Below, piece by piece: positions 25,204-31,817 of a DNA stretch of 32,000 bases. The notes under the pieces were generated by a model. That model saw only the letters and a program-made list of their open reading frames with translations. It was not told the origin of the DNA and did no database searches. Numbering within the stretch: position 1 is the stretch's first letter; every line of letters begins with the position of its first letter. Source of the stretch: Thermofilum pendens Hrk 5 (lineage in GTDB: Archaea; Thermoproteota; Thermoprotei; Thermofilales; Thermofilaceae). The stretch covers positions 330,001-362,000 of the forward strand of contig NC_008698.1 of assembly GCF_000015225.1 (NCBI RefSeq). The letters run 5' to 3'. A program made the translations under genes and the position numbers.

Positions 25204-27588
25204 ATGGTTGCAGGAGAAGTGCGCGAGCTGGAGTTTTGGATCCTTGATGCGAGTTACGACGTCGTAAAGGGTCACCCGGTCATCTACCTCTGGGGGATAA
25301 CGGAGAGTGGGGAGAGAATAGTCGTAGCTGAAAAGAACTTCAGGCCTTACTTCTACCTAGTCCCCGAGAACGCGATCAGCGACGCACTCGTGGAGAGAGT
25401 TAGAACTGCTCTCCACACGTTCAAGGTTTTAAGCGTGAACGCCATTGAGAGGAAGCTCTTCGGAAGAACACTCAATGTTCTAAAGGTTACGATAACGGAT
25501 CCTCGGGATGTCCCGAAGGCTAGAGAAGTTGCAGCGAAGATCCCGGGTATCCGCGACGTTCTCGAGGCGGATATCAGGTTCTACATGCGCTACATGGTGG
25601 ACACGGGTATCTCTCCGAGCTCCTGGGTTCTCGCTAAGGTTAGGAGCGCTCCCGTCCCGAATGGGTGGCGTGTAGACGAGTTCTTCGAGCTTGTAGAAGC
25701 TCCGAGGTCCCTGGACAAAAAGAGCACGCCGAGGCTTAAAACCTATGCTTTCGACATAGAGTGCTATAACAGGTACGGGGAACCCGACCCCGAGAGAGAC
25801 CCTGTCCTCGTGATCAGCAGGACCGGAGAGGATGGTACGGTGATTTTCTCGCAGGACGAGGGTTCTTCCGAGAAGAAGTTACTCGAAGAATTCGTAAATG
25901 ACTTAGTGCAGTACGACCCGGACGTTATCCTTGGATATAACTCTAACAGGTTCGACTGGCCGTACCTCTTGCAGCGCGCCCGTGTAAACGGGGTTAAACT
26001 GTCTATTGGAAGAAATCTTGGAGAACCGTCACAAAGTGTCTACGGGCATTTCTCCGTTGTTGGTCGTGCCAACGTGGACCTCTACGACTACGCGAGCGAG
26101 CTACAGGAAGTTAAGGTAAAGACTCTGGAGAACGTTTCAGAGTTCCTCGGAGTCATGAAGAAAAGCGAGAGAGTGCTCATAGACACCAACAAGGTGTACG
26201 AGTACTGGGATTCGAAGGACAAAAGAAGTCTATTGCTGCGGTACGCGGGGGACGATGCAAGGAGCACGTACCTTCTAGGCCAAGTTGTGTTACCCTTCGG
26301 CATCCAGTTGTCGAGCCTAGTAGGCCTCCCCCTGGACCAGGTCTTCGCAGCGTCCGTTGGCAACAGGGTAGAGTGGTTCCTCATCAGGCAAGCCTTCGTC
26401 TTCAACGAGCTTGTCCCCAACTCGCGGGAGCGAGGAGAGGAGACGTACAAGGGAGCTATCGTGCTGAAGCCTAAACCCGGAGTCCACAAGAAGATAGCTG
26501 TCCTCGACTTTTCGTCCATGTACCCCAACATCATGATCAAGTACAACATTTCTCCCGATACCTACGTACCACCGGAGGAACACGTCGACCCTAGCGAGGT
26601 CTGGGTAGCGCCGGAGGTCGGGCACAGGTTCAGGAAGCATCCCCCCGGTTTCTACAGAAAAGTTCTCGAGAGCCTTCTCGAAGCCAGGAGGCGGCTACGG
26701 GAGAAAATGAAGACGCTTGACCCCCGAAGCGAAGAATATAGGATCTACGATGAAAGGCAGAAGGCCATCAAGGTAATCACGAACGCGACGTACGGGTACA
26801 GCGGATGGAGTATGGCGCGGTGGTACAAGAGAGAAGTAGCCGAGGCGACAACGGCTTGGGGGCGTGAGCTCATCAAGGCTACGATAAAAAAGGCGCAGAG
26901 CCTCGGGCTCAGCATAATCTACGGGGACACGGACAGCATCTTCGTACAGTTCGACGAGGAGAAGATCGGTAGGCTAGTAGAGTACGTTGAGAAAGAGTTG
27001 GGCTTTGAGATAAAGCTGGACAAGGTGTACGAAAAGGTCTTCTTCACTGAGTCCAAAAAGAAGTACTGCGGGTTGCTCGCTGACGGCCGGGTAGACCTTG
27101 TAGGGTTTGAGGCGGTTAGAGGCGACTGGGCTGAGATCTCGAAGGAGATCCAGGAGAGAGTCGTAGAGATAGTGTTGAAAGAGGAGGATCCCTGGAAAGC
27201 CGTGGACTTCGTTAGGAAAACCATAACAGAGCTGAGCGAGGGGAGGATACCCTTAGAGAAGCTCGTCATTTGGAAAACTCTCTCCAAGGACCTCGACGAG
27301 TACGAAGTTGATGCTCCGCACGTTGTCGTAGCTAGGGAGCTTAAAAGGCTTGGCTACAGGGTGGGGAAGGGGGCGAAGATAGGCTACATCGTGGTGAAAG
27401 GCGCCGGCAAGGTTTCCGAGAAGGCAAAGCCTCTAATCTCCGTTAAGAGCCCCGACGAGGTGGACACGGATTACTACGTCAAGAGACAAATCGTGCCTGC
27501 CGCCCTGCGAATACTAGAGTACTTTGGAGTGAAGGAAGAGCACTTCTCGACCGGTAGAAGGCAGGCCACGCTTTCCGACTTCTTTTAA
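25204..27588 (+). CDS. polB: Family B DNA polymerase (size and motifs fit the crenarchaeal PolB3/Dpo3-like class; no intein)
   Basis: Exo I FDIEC, Exo II YNSNRFDWPYL, Exo III YAGDDA. Pol A LDFSSMYPNIM, Pol B KVITNATYGY, Pol C IYGDTDS. 794 aa. Confidence 0.9.
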   Translation: MVAGEVRELEFWILDASYDVVKGHPVIYLWGITESGERIVVAEKNFRPYFYLVPENAISDALVERVRTALHTFKVLSVNAIERKLFGRTLNVLKVTITDPRDVPKAREVAAKIPGIRDVLEADIRFYMRYMVDTGISPSSWVLAKVRSAPVPNGWRVDEFFELVEAPRSLDKKSTPRLKTYAFDIECYNRYGEPDPERDPVLVISRTGEDGTVIFSQDEGSSEKKLLEEFVNDLVQYDPDVILGYNSNRFDWPYLLQRARVNGVKLSIGRNLGEPSQSVYGHFSVVGRANVDLYDYASELQEVKVKTLENVSEFLGVMKKSERVLIDTNKVYEYWDSKDKRSLLLRYAGDDARSTYLLGQVVLPFGIQLSSLVGLPLDQVFAASVGNRVEWFLIRQAFVFNELVPNSRERGEETYKGAIVLKPKPGVHKKIAVLDFSSMYPNIMIKYNISPDTYVPPEEHVDPSEVWVAPEVGHRFRKHPPGFYRKVLESLLEARRRLREKMKTLDPRSEEYRIYDERQKAIKVITNATYGYSGWSMARWYKREVAEATTAWGRELIKATIKKAQSLGLSIIYGDTDSIFVQFDEEKIGRLVEYVEKELGFEIKLDKVYEKVFFTESKKKYCGLLADGRVDLVGFEAVRGDWAEISKEIQERVVEIVLKEEDPWKAVDFVRKTITELSEGRIPLEKLVIWKTLSKDLDEYEVDAPHVVVARELKRLGYRVGKGAKIGYIVVKGAGKVSEKAKPLISVKSPDEVDTDYYVKRQIVPAALRILEYFGVKEEHFSTGRRQATLSDFF

Positions 27589-27611
27589 TGCTACGACTTT
27601 AATGCTACGAC
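27584..27611. repeat. Perfect tandem duplication, 2 x 14 nt (TTTAATGCTACGAC)
   Basis: 27584-27597 is identical to 27598-27611. The first copy contains the polB TAA stop codon. Confidence 0.9.
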
Positions 27612-27628
27612 AATGCCTGTAGAAGACG

Positions 27629-28282
27629 TTACGTAGACTCCAGGAGTATAATGTAGAGGTTGCTTACCAGGTCGTAGAGGATGTCGGAGCTGTCTTCAAG
27701 CATCTCCGCTATGCCGAGCAGTAAAAGCATGGTACTGCTGGAGATATTCGACCCTAGAACCTCGAATATGGTGCTACGGTACAGCGAGTCTATGGTGCTT
27801 TCGTACTCAGAGATCTTTCTAAGATCCTCTAAGGCTTGCGGCGGCGAGCTTAGCAACTTATTCATAGCTTGATCAAGAGTGCTTACCATCATGGAGAGAT
27901 TGTCGCACATAGCGGCGAAGTTTGAAGCAACCTTCTCCGGGACAACCCAGTTCTTCTCTATGAGGAAGCCCAACCTGTAGGATATGCCACTTAGCTTGTC
28001 CACGACGCTCATGACACGAGAGCCTATCCTCACCCATTCCTCTCTATGCATGAGTCCTCTCGATGCCTTAGTTAAGTAGTCGATGTACTCCGTCTGGAGA
28101 GTCTGCGTCTGGCTTTTCGTCTTCTGTATCCTTTCTATCCTCTCGCGTTGCTCATCCCTTAACCCCTGCTCGTTGATCGTCTTTACGACCCTGCGTATCT
28201 CCTCTAAGATATCCTGGGAAAGCAGCAACTCCTTCCTCAAAACAGATACCAGCTTCACGTCAGCTATAGAGAGGCCCTCCAT
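27629..28282 (-). CDS. DUF47 / PhoU-like helical-bundle protein
   Basis: 217 aa, all-helical. The C-terminal ISEYESTIDSLYRSTIFEVL...IAEMLEDSSDILYDLVSNL follows the DUF47 pattern (ExxxDxL...lf ... ExixDxxed). It abuts the upstream gene with no spacer. Confidence 0.5.
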   Translation of the reverse strand: MEGLSIADVKLVSVLRKELLLSQDILEEIRRVVKTINEQGLRDEQRERIERIQKTKSQTQTLQTEYIDYLTKASRGLMHREEWVRIGSRVMSVVDKLSGISYRLGFLIEKNWVVPEKVASNFAAMCDNLSMMVSTLDQAMNKLLSSPPQALEDLRKISEYESTIDSLYRSTIFEVLGSNISSSTMLLLLGIAEMLEDSSDILYDLVSNLYIILLEST

Positions 28283-28561
28283 TCACCCCACCCTCTTCGC
28301 CCTCACAGTTGCTATCGAGTTGTCGGCAACACCCTTAGTCTTAAGCTCATCGGTGTTACACCATACCTCGTTCGGAGGTACGGATTCACTCGGCATCGCC
28401 GCGAAGTACAGCTTCTTCTTCCCGGCTATAACGACCTCTATTTCGGAGCTTATCCCAAGCTCGTTCATTGTAGATGGATTCATGAAAGCCCTACCCTCAG
28501 GGACTTCGTCGCGTCGACGCAGCCTTAACCTCCTCTCTCTTCGCTGCTCTGCCATAACCAT
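28283..28561 (-). CDS. Stand-alone double-psi beta-barrel-like protein (VAT-N/Cdc48-N-like cradle-loop barrel) with an Arg-rich N-terminus
   Basis: Two internally similar beta-alpha-beta halves: RAFMNPSTMNELGISSEIEVVIAG and EVWCNTDELKTKGVADNSIATVRAK. They resemble VAT-N (RIDPxxMxxLGVxxGDxVEIxG / IRIDxxxRxNAGVxxGDxVxVxK). TATA box (complement of 28584-28597) 30 nt upstream of ATG 28561. Confidence 0.4.
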   Translation of the reverse strand: MVMAEQRRERRLRLRRRDEVPEGRAFMNPSTMNELGISSEIEVVIAGKKKLYFAAMPSESVPPNEVWCNTDELKTKGVADNSIATVRAKRVG

Positions 28562-28761
28562 CCATGCCCTGCAAAAAGCTAGGAGTAATTATACTTTACT
28601 CTTTTGAGCGACGTTTCTGCTTCCTAGCTATAAACATTGCTTAAAATGTTTATTACCCTCAAAGAAAACCTCGTTATGGCTTTCCTCGCACCCCTCTCGG
28701 CAAGCATTCCTCGCGGATTCTTCGCTCATCCCTACTAATCCGAGAGAGCGCTCACATTCCT

Positions 28762-29019
28762 TTATGCAAGCCTCGAGCGATGAAAACGAAGAGCAATAAC
28801 CGAGCCTTTTCCTATCTCAGCCTCCAAATCCTTCAAGGCTTCCAGCAGGTACTCTGCTGCCCGTCTAGCCTCAACGATTTCTACTGCTAGCTCGTCGTCG
28901 ACGAGCAATATTCCCTCGCCTGCAGCTTCAACGAGATCCCTCACCACACGACAAAGCTTCTCGGCTCGGTTCGCCAGCACTATGCGGCACTCCAGGCTTA
29001 ACTCCACGCTTACCGTCAC
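28762..29019 (-). CDS. Hypothetical 85-aa acidic helical protein, translationally coupled to the HerA-like ATPase
   Basis: GTG start 3 nt after the ATPase TAA. No motif recognised. Confidence 0.45.
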   Translation of the reverse strand: MTVSVELSLECRIVLANRAEKLCRVVRDLVEAAGEGILLVDDELAVEIVEARRAAEYLLEALKDLEAEIGKGSVIALRFHRSRLA

Positions 29020-29022
29020 CGC

Positions 29023-30000
29023 TTAGCTACATCCCCTGTAGAGCTTGACACGGACACGCCTCGCTAGACACCCCTCGGACACTACCAAAGCGTGCCCTCT
29101 TCCCAGCTTGGGTATTCGTTCAACGTCCTCGCACCCTAGCTTCTGTAGATCCGCCCTAGAAGCATCGTGGAGTACAACGAGGCTCGCGTTGCGTAAAACC
29201 CTTTCCGATAGGTCGTCGAGCCTCTGCGCCACAGCGACGACGACTTCCCCGAATTTCCTCAATTCTAGGAAAAGCCTCTCCGCCAGGCTCGGAGCCTCCC
29301 ACCTAGCCCTGTACGGTAGAACCTGCCACGCCTCCTCGATCACCGTGACATGAGCTATCTCCTGCGACTTCCCCCTCGCCATCGCGGCATCGTAAAGGTG
29401 CTTCAGGAGCACAAGCGCGAGTAACCCCCGGTACTTGAGGGGGAGTACCGAGAGGTCGACCGCGAACGCCCCCCTGAAAAGAGCCTCGGGCGGCGCGTCT
29501 CCGTTCAGCGTTCTTCCCAGAACCCCCTCGTTCAAAATTGTAAGGCGCCTCAGGATCGCCGCCTTTATCTCGAACTCTCTCCAATCCCGCACCGGCTCCT
29601 CGTCCACCAAGGCTATGATGTCGCTCAACCTGAAGGGAGGAGAACCCTTTTTGAGAGCCTTCACGAGGAAGTACCACTGCGGCTCTGTAATCTGGAAGAT
29701 CGTCGAGAACACGTCTACTACGAACTCTATGTCACCGGTTGAAAGAACGTTGAAAGAAAGGTCCTTCCCTGGCTCTAAGCGCCCGAACTCCCCGTATTCT
29801 CCGTGGAAGTCTAGAACGAGAAACGGGATGCCCCTCCGCTTGAGCCCGCAGAGAAGCACCTTCACGGTGTTCGTTTTACCGCTACCGGTGGGTCCCGCGA
29901 CGACGATGTGCCCTTGCTTCAAGGAAACCGCGGATAAGGCTCCGAGTCTGACCCTCAGTCCCCGCTCGGCAAGCAACATGCCCTTCGAACGTAAATACAC
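29023..30000 (-). CDS. HerA/FtsK-superfamily (DUF87-type) P-loop ATPase lacking the N-terminal HAS barrel
   Basis: Walker A VAGPTGSGKTNT about 35 aa from the N-terminus, LVLDFHGEY, Walker B VTVIEEAW, and VAVAQRLDDLSERVLRNASLVVLH (the SQRP-like segment). 325 aa, against about 500 for canonical HerA. Start is GTG 30000 or ATG 29979. Confidence 0.6.
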   Translation of the reverse strand: MYLRSKGMLLAERGLRVRLGALSAVSLKQGHIVVAGPTGSGKTNTVKVLLCGLKRRGIPFLVLDFHGEYGEFGRLEPGKDLSFNVLSTGDIEFVVDVFSTIFQITEPQWYFLVKALKKGSPPFRLSDIIALVDEEPVRDWREFEIKAAILRRLTILNEGVLGRTLNGDAPPEALFRGAFAVDLSVLPLKYRGLLALVLLKHLYDAAMARGKSQEIAHVTVIEEAWQVLPYRARWEAPSLAERLFLELRKFGEVVVAVAQRLDDLSERVLRNASLVVLHDASRADLQKLGCEDVERIPKLGRGHALVVSEGCLARRVRVKLYRGCS

Positions 30001-30091
30001 CCTGGAGAAAAAGCGAGCACGGTAGAAGACACCGGCTACTTCACCTTAAATAGCTTTTTAACGTAGGAGGTGCTACGTCCACGGGATCGTA

Positions 30092-30607
30092 ATGGGGGAG
30101 GGGAGGGAGGGATACGAGATCCTCTTGGACTGTTTCCTGAAGGCTTTACCCTCCGAGGTCGTAGCCGGAGCGGTGAAGAGGGGTAGCGTCGTCTACTTCA
30201 GGGTGGTTCACGGAAAGGCTGTGCTCATGTCCAGGAAGATCGCCGTTGTCGGGCGCGTCCAGGGGGTTGTCCACGGCGATAAGTTTACAGACATTGTTCT
30301 CGGAGACGGTAGCGGCACAGTGACTGTGAGGTTCTGGTCCGAGAAGAAAGGCTTGCTTGAAGATAAGGGGCTAGCGGAGGGTTCCACAGCGAAGGTGCTC
30401 GGAGTACTGAGAGAAAGCAGGGAGGGCACCGTGTACGTAACTCCCATAGCTGTCCAATCCGTGCCCGACGGTTACCTTGAAGAGTTCACCGCGAGGATAA
30501 GAGAGGACCGAGACTTCCTCGCCACGTTCATTGAAAAACAACGAAGCACGGTAGACGCGGAAGAGGCAACGCCTCCGATAGGACGCGACTTCTCAGAAAA
30601 ACGTTAA
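30092..30607 (+). CDS. Single OB-fold nucleic-acid-binding protein (RPA32/Stn1-like OB)
   Basis: IAVVGRVQGVVHGDKFTDIVLGDGSGTVTVRFWSEK...GSTAKVLGVLRESREGTVYVTPIAV follows the tRNA-anticodon/RPA2-type OB pattern (VGxV...f.L.DgTG.i.v..w...G..v.v.G.l), followed by a C-terminal helix. Confidence 0.5.
   Translation: MGEGREGYEILLDCFLKALPSEVVAGAVKRGSVVYFRVVHGKAVLMSRKIAVVGRVQGVVHGDKFTDIVLGDGSGTVTVRFWSEKKGLLEDKGLAEGSTAKVLGVLRESREGTVYVTPIAVQSVPDGYLEEFTARIREDRDFLATFIEKQRSTVDAEEATPPIGRDFSEKR
30094..30111 (+). other. Canonical G-quadruplex motif G5-A-G4-A-G3-A-G3 at the 5' end of the OB-fold ORF
   Basis: The sequence ATGGGGGAGGGGAGGGAGGGATAC has four G-runs of at least 3 nt separated by single A loops, starting with the G of the ATG. 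Confidence 0.7.
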
Positions 30608-30725
30608 AGTAACGGCGCATAGATGGGAAGCAGGAAAACGGCGGAGATTTCTCAGAATGTTTCCCTAGTCTTTGCACGCGGGAAAAGCTTTTAAGCATGC
30701 CTTTTTACTTCCTTCTAGAGGCTCA

Positions 30726-30820
30726 GCGGCCGTAGTCTAGCCTGGTAGGATGGCGGCCTCCCAAGCCGCAGAGCCTTAAAGGCGCGGAAAACCCGGGTTC
30801 AAATCCCGGCGGCCGCACCA
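30726..30820 (+). tRNA. tRNA-Gly(CCC) with a predicted 18-nt non-canonical intron in the variable loop; CCA encoded
   Basis: Hand fold: acceptor GCGGCCG/CGGCCGC, D arm GUCU-AGCCUGGUA-GGAU, anticodon arm GCGGC-CUCCCAA-GCCGC, T arm CCGGG-UUCAAAU-CCCGG, A73, CCA. There are 23 nt between the anticodon and T stems where 5 are expected. Confidence 0.8.
30772..30789 (+). other. Predicted tRNA intron (boundaries +/-1 nt) defined by a bulge-helix-bulge motif
   Basis: CCGC(30766-69):GCGG(30784-87) forms a 4-bp helix flanked by the 3-nt bulges AGA (30770-72) and AAA (30788-90). The inner hairpin is GCC-UUAAA-GGC. Symmetric cleavage in the bulges removes exactly 18 nt. Confidence 0.55.
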
Positions 30821-30922
30821 CTTCCCATCTTCTTAGAAGAAGGCTACTCGTGCATAGTTCTCTCGCGTGCGGTTCGCTAACTTTTTATATGTGTAAGGGT
30901 CGGCGCTTATCGGTGTTCCGAG

Positions 30923-31243
30923 ATGAGTTTAAGCGGTGTTGAAAAGTTCCTGCTCTCCTACGTCTACTACGAGTACGGCGGAAAACTGTACTTCCAGAGT
31001 CCGGGCGGCGATGCTGAAAGCTTCCTAGCAGAGTTCATCGCAGAAGAGTTCCTTCCGAGAAAGAACCCTAACTTCTCGAGGGTAGTCGAGGGCTTCGCTT
31101 CTGCTCTACGCGGACTCCGAGAAAAAGGCTACGTGGAGCTACGCGGATACGAGCTCATACTAACAGACTCCGGTAAAGCCGTAGCTACCCAGATAAGCCA
31201 AGAGGAATACCGAGACCTAAAGAAGCGTTTCTCAAAAGTATAG
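30923..31243 (+). CDS. Hypothetical small protein with a probable C-terminal winged-helix segment
   Basis: 106 aa. LRGLREKGYVELRGYELILTDSGKAVA resembles the wing and recognition region of MarR/PadR-type wHTH proteins. TATA box CTTTTTATATG at 30881-30891. Confidence 0.35.
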   Translation: MSLSGVEKFLLSYVYYEYGGKLYFQSPGGDAESFLAEFIAEEFLPRKNPNFSRVVEGFASALRGLREKGYVELRGYELILTDSGKAVATQISQEEYRDLKKRFSKV

Positions 31244-31258
31244 CCCCCGAGCACGCGT

Positions 31259-31588
31259 TTATGCCTTGTAAATCACGTACTCCTCGAGCTCGGGGCTAAA
31301 CCTTCTCTTAAGGACACCTTTCCCGAGAAGATTCGTCAAAGCCCTGTAGAACTCTACGGGCTTCACTCCTCTCCCCGTAACCCGCTTGTAGAGCTCCGAC
31401 CTGGTGACCCCTCCGCTCGAACGCGTAACCTCTTCTACGATCATTCTCTCCACGTCCTCCGTGAAGAACGCTTGCACGCGCGGAGCCGCCCTCTCCTCGG
31501 ACTGAGGAGAGAGAAAAGACGTCAGATCGACCGCCGGGGGCTTTTCCTCCTCGCCTTTCTTCTTTCTACGAGATTTCTCAGCCATCAC
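31259..31588 (-). CDS. Hypothetical small basic protein with a probable winged-helix domain
   Basis: 109 aa. K/R/E-rich N-terminus, then GGVTRSELYKRVTGRGVKPVEFYRALTNLLGKGVLKRR (wHTH-like). TATA box (complement of 31613-31622) about 28 nt upstream. Confidence 0.35.
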   Translation of the reverse strand: MMAEKSRRKKKGEEEKPPAVDLTSFLSPQSEERAAPRVQAFFTEDVERMIVEEVTRSSGGVTRSELYKRVTGRGVKPVEFYRALTNLLGKGVLKRRFSPELEEYVIYKA

Positions 31589-31738
31589 GCTTCCACACTA
31601 ATCATTCTTCAACGCTTTTAAGGATTTTCACGTATTTCACAGAGCTTTTTCCACTTTAAAGCACGCGAACCTCAATAACCCCAAGCGTTGTTCCACGAGA
31701 GTCCCACCAAGGCTTTTGCCCGTTTAGAACTAATACCG

Positions 31739-31817
31739 TGGTGCCGGGGCCGGGATTCGAACCCGGGAAGACCGGATTATGAGTCCGGCGCCCTTGACCA
31801 GGCTAGGCGACCCCGGC
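31739..31817 (-). tRNA. tRNA with anticodon CAU (elongator Met, or Ile2 if C34 is agmatidinylated); CCA encoded
   Basis: Reverse complement: GCCGGGG-UC-GCCU-AGCCUGGUCAA-GGGC-G-CCGGA-CUCAUAA-UCCGG-UCUUC-CCGGG-UUCGAAU-CCCGG-CCCCGGC-A-CCA. It is not an initiator, because it has G1:C72 and no GGG/CCC anticodon stem. TATA box (complement of 31851-31859) is 38 nt upstream. Confidence 0.85.

Noticed and set aside
28628-28729. 33-aa minus-strand ORF (MSEESARNACREGCEESHNEVFFEGNKHFKQCL) in the 200-nt gap between the 85-aa gene and the barrel-protein gene.
   Set aside because: The Cys/His spacing is suggestive of a mini zinc-binding peptide. However, there is no convincing SD or TATA box, no family recognition, and the size is within chance for this composition. 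It is worth a look only if ribosome profiling or conservation supports it.
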